Position numbers and translations under genes: made by a program
IMG/VR virus record: IMGVR_UViG_3300037400_003073
DNA: 64,000 nt
Origin: an uncultured virus (IMG/VR IMGVR_UViG_3300037400_003073)
Lineage: Duplodnaviria > Heunggongvirae > Uroviricota > Caudoviricetes
Direction: 5' to 3' (one strand)
Notes under the pieces: model-generated
Databases searched by the model: none
Told to the model about the DNA's origin: nothing
What the model saw: the letters and a program-made list of their open reading frames with translations, nothing else
Shown here: one piece after another, positions 1-8,433 of the stretch
Layout of the letters: every line of letters starts with the position of its first letter
Position numbering within the stretch: the stretch's first letter is position 1

Positions 1-345
1 AATAGAACAAAAACGGCAATTTCTGAAAAATATTTTTCAAAACTATTGACCGTGAACAAATAAATTTCTATATATAGAAATGTGAGAGCGATAAAGCCCC
101 ACAAAAAACAAGAGGTAACAAAATGAATACAAATGAACAAAAATTCGACTGCCTTTCAGTCACTCACGTCGAAGTTTCAGTTTTCAAGCAAGGGGCTTAT
201 CTTGGAAAGCTTCGCGGATTTGCTACGATTGTCTTGAACGGCCAATTGCAGATTCGCGGCTTGATGATCATGGATTCTGAAAATGGCCTTTACGTCGGTT
301 ATCCGACCGATCCGTATTGCCGCGAAGACTTCCAGCACATGGTTC
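1..345 (+). repeat. Duplicate of right-end early region: 1-127 = 59901-60027 and 110-345 = 60780-61015 (770-bp deletion allele)
   Basis: Base-by-base identity; the join lies inside the shared 18-mer aagaggtaacaaaatgaa; identity ends after ggttc (345/61015). Confidence 0.95.
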
Positions 346-404
346 CGTCGTCGTTCGCGGCCATGATGACTTCTTCTGCGACCTCGGCGCGCTTTGTAAT
401 GTAG
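123..404 (+). pseudogene. 3'-truncated/chimeric copy of the SpoVG-like gene
   Basis: Identical to 60793-61089 up to FQHMV, then runs into unrelated sequence. Confidence 0.8.
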
Positions 405-430
405 TTCTTGATGTCGGTGCGTCTCATTGC

Positions 431-530
431 GGTATCCTCTGTTTGTGTGGGTTGTTGTTTCTTACGTGTATAAATATAAAATAAGTTCCCGGGGTAGGGA
501 GCTTACATTTTGCTTACATGTTTCTTACAT
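431..530 (-). promoter_or_regulatory. Class I promoter with three TGTAAG boxes at 11-bp spacing, AT-rich -10 and AGAGGATAC RBS (copy 1)
   Basis: cttaca at 502, 513, 524; near-identical blocks at 8337-8433 and 29996-30095. Confidence 0.75.
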
Positions 531-1469
531 TATCGTGGGGCCCAAAAGTTCCTGCATGATTTCGCGGGCTTCCTGGGGCGTCATGTCCCCAGGGTCCTTG
601 AGGTTTCCGGCGGCGTCGCGGTTGTCGGTCCGGCATACTTCGACACGACATCCGGCGGCGGCAAGGTCTCGTGCATAGTCGCGTCCGTGTGCCTGGGCCG
701 TGTCTTCGGGATCGAACAGGAAGAAAACGCGACGCCACCGCGATAGCAGGTTCACCTGTTCCCGCGTGAGCGACGTTCCGAAGGTAGCGACGGCACCGGG
801 CCCGAGCCTCCATTGGTCGAAAATACCCTCGCACACGACGATGGAATCGCGGGCCGTGCAGGTTTCCGCCCCGTATAGCGTGTGCTTGTAGTGCATGAGG
901 CATTCCTCGACATCCGGGAACAGGTACCTCGGTTGCTGGACCTCGTCGTTTATGGCACGCGCCTGCCACGCCACGGCGCGCCCTTCAAGGTCATAAACCG
1001 GAATTACTATCCGGTACCCTACGTCGATGTCTTTCTTGCCCCAGCGCTCGATTAGCGTGTAGCGTATGCCGTGACGGAACTCCAGCTCGCACGGGTCGAA
1101 GTTTCGGCTCTCCAGGTACCGCCGGTGGCATGGGTAGCAGTGCGTCCCGCCCGGCAGCTTCAGTGACGTTGCGGAGGCCTTCTTTGCAGTGTTCCTGGAC
1201 GTTTCCGGAGCTTTCCCTGTGGTATATCGCGCAATGTAGCTGCTGGCGGTCTCTACCGGTATGTTAGCGGCCCTGGCAAGCGCTATCGACGGGGCGCCGC
1301 CCTTGCACCTCCAGCACGAATACGCACCGCGGTCAATGGAGAACCCGCCGTGGTTGCTGTGGTCGTCACAGAATGGGCACCGGATGTTGACGTTACCCGG
1401 TGCCACGTTCTTGCCGGCGTCCCAGTTAGGGACCCCCAGGTCGTTGAGCAGTTGCTTCCAGTCCGTCAC
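525..1469 (-). CDS. DNA primase (Zn finger + TOPRIM)
   Basis: CPFC..H...CWRC zinc finger, VVCEGIFD and FLFDPED...KDPGD TOPRIM motifs; start moved to GTG at 1469 just after the upstream stop. Confidence 0.85.
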   Translation of the reverse strand: MTDWKQLLNDLGVPNWDAGKNVAPGNVNIRCPFCDDHSNHGGFSIDRGAYSCWRCKGGAPSIALARAANIPVETASSYIARYTTGKAPETSRNTAKKASATSLKLPGGTHCYPCHRRYLESRNFDPCELEFRHGIRYTLIERWGKKDIDVGYRIVIPVYDLEGRAVAWQARAINDEVQQPRYLFPDVEECLMHYKHTLYGAETCTARDSIVVCEGIFDQWRLGPGAVATFGTSLTREQVNLLSRWRRVFFLFDPEDTAQAHGRDYARDLAAAGCRVEVCRTDNRDAAGNLKDPGDMTPQEAREIMQELLGPTIM

Positions 1470-1471
1470 GT

Positions 1472-1699
1472 CTAGAACCTGTTTTTTACTTGCTTTATCG
1501 CGGCCATGATGCTCTCGTGTTTCTTGTCCAGGTCTTCGGACTCGCATATTGCGTAGGCAACTTTCACCAGTTGCCCACCCACGACAACAAAGAACAGGGC
1601 GTACATGATGTCGGCCCCAAAGACGAAATACTCGACAATTCCGAAGACCCATCCAACGATGCCTAGCGTCATAATCAATAAGATAAATAAAGCTAACAC
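1472..1699 (-). CDS. Small two-TM membrane protein
   Basis: Two hydrophobic segments, GAGG RBS, packed in operon. Confidence 0.6.
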   Translation of the reverse strand: MLALFILLIMTLGIVGWVFGIVEYFVFGADIMYALFFVVVGGQLVKVAYAICESEDLDKKHESIMAAIKQVKNRF

Positions 1700-1712
1700 T
1701 TGAAAACCTCTT

Positions 1713-2546
1713 TTAAGTTTTAGATTGCCCCGGGTTCTTTTTCCTGTTGTCCTTATACGTGAATAACCGGTCCTCGCCCACGAGGGTCGGGCTTATTACA
1801 AAAACCTGCAGCCGCTTGACAAGTCCCCGCGCGTACAGGTGGTATATGGCGTCGGTCACATCGAAGGTCGATAGCCCCATAGCCTCCCCGATTTCCTTTG
1901 TTGTCGCGTGCGGGTTGCAGGCTACCCACTGTAAGACTCTCCCGCGAATACTCCGTAGGAACGCAGGACGGATCACGGGCCTGGCGTCGAACGTGAACGA
2001 CGGGTTCGGGAGTTCCCGGGCGTCCGGGACCTTCGGGCACTTGCGCCACATCCTCCCGCATGGATATAGACGCTGCGTGTACTTGAACGGGGACGGGGCG
2101 ACGCTCATGGCGTCCATGTCCCGCGCGGTGACGGGCGCCGCGTTAAACGCCCGGGTGATTTCCCGCAATTTTTTTACGGCCCGCCGGTTCAGCTCGTCAT
2201 CTGTAAGTTCCGCAGGCATTCCCAGCGCGGGGTTCTTCGGTTTCTTGAAGGGACGCCCCCGCATCATGGTCTTGCCGCCGTTCGGGATAAACGCCACCGG
2301 CTTGTAGTTGGATGGGGTTTCCACGGGGTCCAGCACGTCGCCCCATGCGGCGTACGCCTTGAGAAGACGCTCCGCCCGGACCGTACCCTCTTTCGCCATG
2401 TGCTTGATTTGCAGGCCGTGACGGAATAGCCAGTTGCGCGCCTCTCGGAGTTTCCAGGATGCGGGAACTACGCCCGCCTTGAGAAGACGGGCCTCCGTTT
2501 TCGTCGGTTCACGGAACAGGTCCGGAACTAGCGGGGAGTGTGCCAA
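1713..2546 (-). CDS. Hypothetical protein with C-terminal winged HTH
   Basis: NPHATTKEIGEAMGLSTFDVTDAIYHLYARGLV resembles a wHTH. Confidence 0.55.
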   Translation of the reverse strand: MAHSPLVPDLFREPTKTEARLLKAGVVPASWKLREARNWLFRHGLQIKHMAKEGTVRAERLLKAYAAWGDVLDPVETPSNYKPVAFIPNGGKTMMRGRPFKKPKNPALGMPAELTDDELNRRAVKKLREITRAFNAAPVTARDMDAMSVAPSPFKYTQRLYPCGRMWRKCPKVPDARELPNPSFTFDARPVIRPAFLRSIRGRVLQWVACNPHATTKEIGEAMGLSTFDVTDAIYHLYARGLVKRLQVFVISPTLVGEDRLFTYKDNRKKNPGQSKT

Positions 2547-2808
2547 TTACAGCCTCCTTGTTGTCGCTACAGTACGCAACCCGTTTTGCTTCCGCAAGAT
2601 CGGCGGACGCTTCCATGTATATGCGCTTGAGCGCCTTCAGTTCCTCGCGCGATACCTTGACCGGTTTCCCGTGTATCGCGTCGATATACAGAAAAGCCGC
2701 CGAGGCTTTCTTGTAGAAGCAGCGGCGGACACGTTCAATGGGGCTTATGGGCTTACGTGGTTGTGGCATCCAATTCACCCAGGGAAACGATGGAACCCAG
2801 CGCCGCAT
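2509..2808 (-). CDS. Hypothetical protein
   Basis: In-operon ORF; true start may be internal (MPQPRK). Confidence 0.45.
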   Translation of the reverse strand: MRRWVPSFPWVNWMPQPRKPISPIERVRRCFYKKASAAFLYIDAIHGKPVKVSREELKALKRIYMEASADLAEAKRVAYCSDNKEAVIGTLPASSGPVP

Positions 2809-3136
2809 TCAAGTGCTGATAGAGCTTGTCCAGTTCCTGCAGCTTCATGTGTTCCTGGAGAATCTTGAACGCTAGGGCGCTCTGTTCTTCCTGGAGTTTC
2901 TTCACGTTATCGTGCGCCGTAGTGCGTTCCTGTTCGAGGCGCTTGATAACTCCGTCGAGCTCCACGTTGCAGGCACGGACCGCGTTGCCGTCCTTTTTCG
3001 ACACGGCCACGCCCAGTTTAGAGACAAGGGCGACCGCCTGCTCGGTGAGCGTCGGTTCCTTCTTTGCCTGTTCGGTACCTTCATTCTTCGGGGCGTCTTT
3101 TACAGGTACTGCTGCGGGTTTCTTCTTTGTGCTCAT
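2753..3136 (-). CDS. Coiled-coil hypothetical protein
   Basis: AAGGA RBS, heptad-rich sequence. Confidence 0.65.
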   Translation of the reverse strand: MSTKKKPAAVPVKDAPKNEGTEQAKKEPTLTEQAVALVSKLGVAVSKKDGNAVRACNVELDGVIKRLEQERTTAHDNVKKLQEEQSALAFKILQEHMKLQELDKLYQHLNAALGSIVSLGELDATTT

Positions 3137-3262
3137 GGTGCTTTCCTTTTAGGTTGGGGAGCCCCGCTGGGGTGTGATCGTCCGGGAATGTGTCAACCCG
3201 GTGGACCCGGCGGGGCGGTTGAACTGTCGATATAAAAGGGCGCAAGACGTGCGAAATTCCAG

Positions 3263-3534
3263 CGTCTAGCCTCACGGGCTTCGGACCCGTTCGTGTTTTC
3301 GTAGCACTGGGAGAGTCGAACTCCCAACAGGTAGCCCCGGGAAAATCGTCAAAACCCGACTTGCCTGCATCCGCATGTGCCATAGGGACAAGACCCCGCG
3401 GGAGCTGATTAGGAATAAAGGAACGAAACACCCTTCACAGCTTTATGGAGTTCACTCTTGCGGAGCTCTCCGACCTACCCGAGGTCTTGTCTGTCGCGTC
3501 CATTCAGTCGGACGCTATGGGAGCAGGCTAGACG
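3263..3534 (-). ncRNA. Candidate structured RNA containing a tRNA-like (acceptor + T-arm) domain
   Basis: Perfect 10-bp closing IR (3263-3272/3525-3534); internal stems; GGGAG-TTCGACT-CTCCC T-arm with TGGCAC/GTGCTA acceptor-like stem at ~3303-3383. Confidence 0.55.
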
Positions 3535-3622
3535 GGCCATGTCCCAAACTTTGCGTGAACCTCACGCGGGCCTTACTTTTCGGCGGTTTCTTGCCGCTGG
3601 TATTCTTGCCACCGCAAGCCAT
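3515..3622 (-). CDS. MACGG micropeptide (MACGGKNTSGKKPPK...), paralog of 63812-63862; reads 35 aa here because of one missing A
   Basis: AGGAGG RBS; codon-level similarity to the right-end copy. Confidence 0.7.
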   Translation of the reverse strand: MACGGKNTSGKKPPKSKARVRFTQSLGHGPSSLLP

Positions 3623-3662
3623 AGCGTGCCTCCTGGTTAATTGTTGAACTTTCGTCGGTTCT

Positions 3663-3682
3663 AATATAACTAAACCACCGGT
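3663..3682 (-). promoter_or_regulatory. ACCGG-N9-TATATT promoter motif
   Basis: accggtggtttagttatatt; motif recurs about 10 times at gene boundaries. Confidence 0.7.
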
Positions 3683-3684
3683 GG

Positions 3685-4311
3685 TTACGTCGGGGAGCTT
3701 TCGGGGTCCCTGGCTTCCACGCGGGATTTGCCGCTTCCGTCCATCGTGACGCGGAACTCACGGTCGGGTACGATCGAAGTGCCCGCCACGTCCGCGACCA
3801 TTATAACCTGGATGCCCAGGCGATGCGAAATAAGCGTCAAGACCTCGCCCAGTCTTTGCCGTGCAGTCCCGCGTATTCTCGGGAACGGCTCGTCGAGCAG
3901 CAGCACCTTGTCGAACTTCGACATCGTGAGACAACACACACGGAGCGCAAGGGAAATCACATCGACCACGCCGCCGCCGCTGCTGTTTAGCGGGTTCATA
4001 CGGGCGCCGTCCTTGTCGAGCCACATGTCAAGCTCGGTACGTCCGCGACGCGCTACAAATTCAGTTTTAAAAGTGTAGGCGCCGGGGAACACGGCGTCGA
4101 GGGCGGTCTGTACGACATCCTCGATACGGACCCTCAGCTGGTCCTGTGTATCGCGTGCCGCCTTTTGGACGACAAGGACCAGTTCTTCCACCGAGGTCTT
4201 GCGGTCGTTGAGCCGGGACACGTCGCGCTCGGCGCTTTCGAGGGCTACCCGTGCGGCTTCACGGCGGCCCATCCAGGAGGCTGCCTTGACTGTCAATTCC
4301 TGGGCGTCCAT
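3685..4311 (-). CDS. SbcC/Rad50-like ABC ATPase, C-terminal half
   Basis: Coiled coil, SSGGG signature, LLLDEP Walker B; no Walker A. Confidence 0.85.
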   Translation of the reverse strand: MDAQELTVKAASWMGRREAARVALESAERDVSRLNDRKTSVEELVLVVQKAARDTQDQLRVRIEDVVQTALDAVFPGAYTFKTEFVARRGRTELDMWLDKDGARMNPLNSSGGGVVDVISLALRVCCLTMSKFDKVLLLDEPFPRIRGTARQRLGEVLTLISHRLGIQVIMVADVAGTSIVPDREFRVTMDGSGKSRVEARDPESSPT

Positions 4312-4313
4312 GA

Positions 4314-4565
4314 CTATCCCCCGATGCTGTTTTCGGCCTGGGCGATAAGTTCCCGCGCCTCGTCAAGCGTCGCGTTGTAACTGCTCGAAAGTTTTTCGAC
4401 GTCGCCTTCGATCTTCTTTACGATTTCGCGTATCTTTTCGGGGTCGTCGGTGCCAAATTCCGCGAGCCATTTCTTTTGAATGCTCTCGACAACACCCTGG
4501 GCTTTCGCCTTCTCGCCCTTGAGGGCATCCACGCGCTTGATCAGCTGTTCCACTTCGGTAGCCAT
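4314..4565 (-). CDS. Small coiled-coil protein (possibly part of split SbcC)
   Basis: Heptad pattern; directly upstream of the SbcC C-half. Confidence 0.6.
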   Translation of the reverse strand: MATEVEQLIKRVDALKGEKAKAQGVVESIQKKWLAEFGTDDPEKIREIVKKIEGDVEKLSSSYNATLDEARELIAQAENSIGG

Positions 4566-4620
4566 TGGGCCTCCTTGAATTTAAAAGTTTTTGCCGTCCA
4601 TAAGGTACAAGAACGACCGG

Positions 4621-5007
4621 TCATTCGATAGGGACGCGTTCGCCCCAGGTAATCACAAAATAAATAGTATAGGGGTCTCCGCCCCATTCCGGTTTTCCGA
4701 AATCGTAGCGCACCCGGGGTGTCTTGAAACGCACACGGGGAGAATCGGGGCGGTACCCGTTGCGGAACTCCACGAAATCGTAGCCCCGCATATCCTGGTA
4801 CATGTTATGCGATACGCCGCCGATAATGTTTCCGCCGTATAGCAGTTTGTAAGAACCGGGGAGCTGGTCGTCACGCTGGACTATAAGCCGGGCCTGCCAG
4901 TATGGCTTGTCCTCGCGGTATTCCTCCAGCTTTACGCCGTCCCGGATCATGGAGAACCACGGCTCCCGAACAACGAGGTGCAGAACGGTTCCGGGCTTCC
5001 TGGGCAT
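4621..5007 (-). CDS. ASCH-domain protein
   Basis: LHLVVREPWFSMIRDGVKLEEYR matches the ASCH GxKxxExR motif. Confidence 0.75.
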   Translation of the reverse strand: MPRKPGTVLHLVVREPWFSMIRDGVKLEEYREDKPYWQARLIVQRDDQLPGSYKLLYGGNIIGGVSHNMYQDMRGYDFVEFRNGYRPDSPRVRFKTPRVRYDFGKPEWGGDPYTIYFVITWGERVPIE

Positions 5008-5636
5008 TATACGGCCCCGGTGCAGTTTCTAAGGATAGTAAACACGCCGCGCACGGCTTCCACGTCGCCGTCGCAATATTTCCCGATGGGTGCCATGTCA
5101 TGACGCTTAAAGCATTCCCAAACATCTTCCCCGTCCATGTTTTCCTTCGGGTCATTGATCCCCAGCAGCAGGCACGCGGCACGCAGGCTCATGTTCGAGG
5201 AACCGAACTTCATGAGCTCCATCGTGTCGAGGTGCTGGATTTCCCAGGGTTTCTTGCCCAGCGTGTTCAATGACGCCGGGACGTGCAACCCGTGGGCCAT
5301 GTATCGTTTCGCTAAAAATGGAATATCGAAGCCCTTGATATTATGGCCCACAAGGGTTATGTTGTTGTCGAGGAATCCCCCGATACTTTCGAGAATATCG
5401 CGTTCTTCCTCGACATTCCCGGCAAGCTTGTGGCGTACCTGGGAGTCCGTGTCTTCCGCGTCAGCGTACGAGACGCAGCACACTTGCCCGAACTCCGGGT
5501 ACAGTGCAGCCATTGCTTCCAGTTTTTCGGAGTCCAGGACTCCGGGGTTCTTTTTCATGATCCACTCGGGGTACCATGTATCCATAATGCCCTCGTGGGG
5601 CACCGTCTCGATGTCCAGGGCGATAATTCTTGCCAT
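5007..5636 (-). CDS. Stand-alone DEDD 3'-5' exonuclease (PolB-exo-like)
   Basis: ALDIET, GHNIKGFDIPFL, YCDGDV motifs. Confidence 0.85.
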   Translation of the reverse strand: MARIIALDIETVPHEGIMDTWYPEWIMKKNPGVLDSEKLEAMAALYPEFGQVCCVSYADAEDTDSQVRHKLAGNVEEERDILESIGGFLDNNITLVGHNIKGFDIPFLAKRYMAHGLHVPASLNTLGKKPWEIQHLDTMELMKFGSSNMSLRAACLLLGINDPKENMDGEDVWECFKRHDMAPIGKYCDGDVEAVRGVFTILRNCTGAV

Positions 5637-5645
5637 TTCGGTCTC

Positions 5646-5903
5646 CTAGTTGTTGCGGGTGTGAATGATTAAAGGCTCGCCGGTCCCGATACGTGCAAGC
5701 CTTACGGCGTCGAGAAGCCTGTCGTCGTAGTCTTCGGGAGTGTCCCCGAAGTGTACGCGACCCAGGTCATAGTCATACACCGCGACGACGTTCGAACCGT
5801 TGAAGATGTAACCGACAAGGGCGGCGTCCCATTCCTTCGGGAGCGCCACGACTTGCAGGCCTGTTTCCTTTGAAACTTTCGAGAGGATGCGGCGTTCGAT
5901 CAT
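5646..5903 (-). CDS. Hypothetical protein
   Basis: Coupled ORF in operon. Confidence 0.55.
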   Translation of the reverse strand: MIERRILSKVSKETGLQVVALPKEWDAALVGYIFNGSNVVAVYDYDLGRVHFGDTPEDYDDRLLDAVRLARIGTGEPLIIHTRNN

Positions 5904-6853
5904 TTGCGGTCCTTGTTTAGTTTGTCCAACAATTCGGGGTACACGCGCTGGGCGTTCTTGTATTCCGGTTTGGCGATTTCCCGTTCGAGGTTGTCGGGGA
6001 ACGATAGCGACACGCCTTCCGCGTCACCTATTACCGAGAGCACTTTTTCCATGCGCTCGTCGCGTTCCTTTTCCGTCACCAGGTAATCGGTCACGATGTC
6101 CCCGCGGTGCCCTTCCAGGTACACGGTCTCGGCTTCGAGAGTGTCGGTGTCCAGGATATAGACGCGCGGGCGGTATTCGCACATGTCCGCCACCTGGATG
6201 TTAAGACACCCCGGAGTAATGACGCGCCGGTTCCCCTGGTTGTGGATATATCCGTGGTGATAGTCGCCGGTGAGGATCACGCGGACGTTCGGGGCGGCTT
6301 CCAGCAGGTCGTCCGCCGTAACACCCACACCTTCGACCGGGCGGTCCTTGTCGCTCGGGAACGTCAGCTGGTGCGTGGCCCATATATCGTTATTAAATAC
6401 CCGGAGACCTTCCATATCCTCGCGTCCGAACGGGGTCGCATACAGAGTGCGCCATTTTCCGTCGCGGGTCTTCAACTCAGTGTACCCCTCGTCGTCGTCG
6501 CCGTTGTCGGTTCGGAGCATGAGGTGGTGCGCCTGGTACACGATACCCAGGCTGCAGGCGTTGAGGTTGTCGAAATCATGATAGGGCAGGTCGTGATTTC
6601 CCGGAAGTATGCGGACCGGGCACACCTCGCTGATGCTGTTTAGCGCACCGAGGACCATGTTGACGGCTTCGGTTGCGCATCGGGGCTGGTGGAACAGGTC
6701 GCCCAAAATCCACACGGCGTTGACCCGATGTTCGAGTGCGACCTTTTTTACCGCCATGACGTCTTCCCGCTGGCTCTCGAGCCAGTTCTCGTCGGTTCTG
6801 CACCTGGGACGGTCGCCGCGTATGTGCCAATCGGCTGTTAAAAGTATTTTCAT
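5900..6853 (-). CDS. SbcD/Mre11-like metallophosphoesterase nuclease
   Basis: ADWH, GDLF, PGNHD, GDYH motifs. Confidence 0.9.
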   Translation of the reverse strand: MKILLTADWHIRGDRPRCRTDENWLESQREDVMAVKKVALEHRVNAVWILGDLFHQPRCATEAVNMVLGALNSISEVCPVRILPGNHDLPYHDFDNLNACSLGIVYQAHHLMLRTDNGDDDEGYTELKTRDGKWRTLYATPFGREDMEGLRVFNNDIWATHQLTFPSDKDRPVEGVGVTADDLLEAAPNVRVILTGDYHHGYIHNQGNRRVITPGCLNIQVADMCEYRPRVYILDTDTLEAETVYLEGHRGDIVTDYLVTEKERDERMEKVLSVIGDAEGVSLSFPDNLEREIAKPEYKNAQRVYPELLDKLNKDRK

Positions 6854-7245
6854 TTGTCCCCCTTGTAATAAGGAACCATTAAGGTACCACTCAAAAATGA
6901 ACTTTTGATGCGTCCAAAGTAACCCGACCCAAACTGGACACGCTTCACGGTGTATCCGTGAAAATGTGGGTCCGTTTCTCCATCATCAAGGGCACTCACT
7001 AAGAAGGGGGAATCTGTCCACGGCTGAATAATTTTTAAAATCAAATTTACGAAAATAACCCAAGGCTCCCGATAATAAATACTATCTTCGCCGGGGAACG
7101 GCGTTATCCCGTCTTTGAGTTTATAAAAGAATTTGTCTTTGTTTCGCATCCTGTCGATCCTGTTTAAAAATTTGTTTACGCTTTCGACAACTTCATACCG
7201 GCAAAGGTTGTCGGGCCTCTTGTCAGAACTGGAGTCTGTACACAT
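6850..7245 (-). CDS. Hypothetical protein (AT-richer, moron-like)
   Basis: AGGAGG RBS; own promoter motif at 7262-7281. Confidence 0.6.
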   Translation of the reverse strand: MCTDSSSDKRPDNLCRYEVVESVNKFLNRIDRMRNKDKFFYKLKDGITPFPGEDSIYYREPWVIFVNLILKIIQPWTDSPFLVSALDDGETDPHFHGYTVKRVQFGSGYFGRIKSSFLSGTLMVPYYKGDK

Positions 7246-7282
7246 GAACCTCCTTGGGGTTCGTATAGGTCAATGACCGGAG

Positions 7283-7495
7283 CTATTCGTCACCGGGTAG
7301 CAGTTCGAAAACGCACTCGGTACAGAGCCACGACCCTGGTTCTTCAAGATCGACGCCCCAACCGTCACGCAACAGAACCGCAGCGAGTGTCTTGTCCGAG
7401 GCAATTCCGCGCCACTCCCGACCGCATTTAGAGCACGTGGCCACCATTTCCCGGAGCTTGGGCTGCCTGGGAGGTCTAATCCTGGGGCGTGCCAT
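7283..7495 (-). CDS. Small CxxC...CxxC zinc-binding protein
   Basis: MARPR start coupled to upstream stop; CSKC and CTEC. Confidence 0.55.
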   Translation of the reverse strand: MARPRIRPPRQPKLREMVATCSKCGREWRGIASDKTLAAVLLRDGWGVDLEEPGSWLCTECVFELLPGDE

Positions 7496-8187
7496 TAGAA
7501 CGCCTCCGCGTGGGCGGGTATGAGCAGGCAGGGCAACTTGTCCTGCGTGTATAGCTTGAGTGCGCTTTTCAAGGTTTCGAACGCGCGGCAGGTGCGCTTC
7601 CAGGACCATCCCAGCTTGAGGTAGCGGCGCATGTATATCTTTTTTGGCGTCAAGTAGTTGTGGGCCTTGTTGTATGCCCTTGTCTTCGATGTGTCGGGCT
7701 TGACGTAGAAAAGGTTGTTCCCGAAGTCGCGGAAAATTTGGAGCGCGTCACCCTGGAGCAGTTCAAGGTAGGGTCGCATTTCCGGGGGATATTCCCCATC
7801 GATACCCAGGGAGCTGGAATACTCGTCGACTAGACCGGTAGAGAGAGCGGCGGCGAACGCTCCCGCGCTAGGGTCGCAGCAATCTTCCGTTTCCCCGTCT
7901 ATCGTATAGCTGCGGACGGGAGCGGGTCCACCGTGAATGCAAAGGTTCGGCCCGTGACATGCCTTTGTAATGATCTCGGACAAGGACTGGAGACATTCCG
8001 CCAGCCAGGTTCCGAAACTGGCCCTGCTCGGATGGTCCGAATCGTAGCTCTTGCAGGCCTCACAGAACACGAGACCTGCCTGCAGGTATAGGTCGTCGAT
8101 AAGTTCGGGAAACTGGACGGAATAGCGGGCCACCGCTTTTTCGATGACCCCGGCATATTTAAAGTAGAGTTCGTCGGTCGCTTCCAT
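7495..8187 (-). CDS. Sigma-factor-like protein (region 2-like N-terminus)
   Basis: DDLYLQAGLVFCEACKSYD...ASFGTW resembles sigma70 region 2. Confidence 0.6.
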   Translation of the reverse strand: MEATDELYFKYAGVIEKAVARYSVQFPELIDDLYLQAGLVFCEACKSYDSDHPSRASFGTWLAECLQSLSEIITKACHGPNLCIHGGPAPVRSYTIDGETEDCCDPSAGAFAAALSTGLVDEYSSSLGIDGEYPPEMRPYLELLQGDALQIFRDFGNNLFYVKPDTSKTRAYNKAHNYLTPKKIYMRRYLKLGWSWKRTCRAFETLKSALKLYTQDKLPCLLIPAHAEAF

Positions 8188-8189
8188 GA

Positions 8190-8333
8190 TTAGCCCTGCC
8201 CCGTCGTTCCCTGTTCCATAGGATTTACGGCGACGACAAATTCCGCGTCGTTTTCTATAATTACCTGGGAGAGCTTCGAGGCAAATTCCAGCGTGGCGCG
8301 ATTCAATTCCTGTTTGATGTTTTCTGCTTTCAT
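8190..8333 (-). CDS. Small hypothetical protein (47 aa, MKAENIKQEL...)
   Basis: Directly behind class I promoter and RBS. Confidence 0.55.
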   Translation of the reverse strand: MKAENIKQELNRATLEFASKLSQVIIENDAEFVVAVNPMEQGTTGQG

Positions 8334-8336
8334 TGT

Positions 8337-8433
8337 GGTATCCTCTGTTTGCAGGGTTGTTGTTTCTTACGTGTATAAATATAAAATAAGTTCCCAGGAC
8401 GGGAACTTACATTTTGCTTACATGTTACTTACA
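8337..8433 (-). promoter_or_regulatory. Class I triple-TGTAAG promoter (copy 2)
   Basis: cttaca at 8406, 8417, 8428; near-identical to 431-530. Confidence 0.75.

Noticed and set aside
3303..3383. Calling this a canonical tRNA
   Set aside because: No D-stem or 7-nt anticodon loop; acceptor has a mismatch; kept as tRNA-like only
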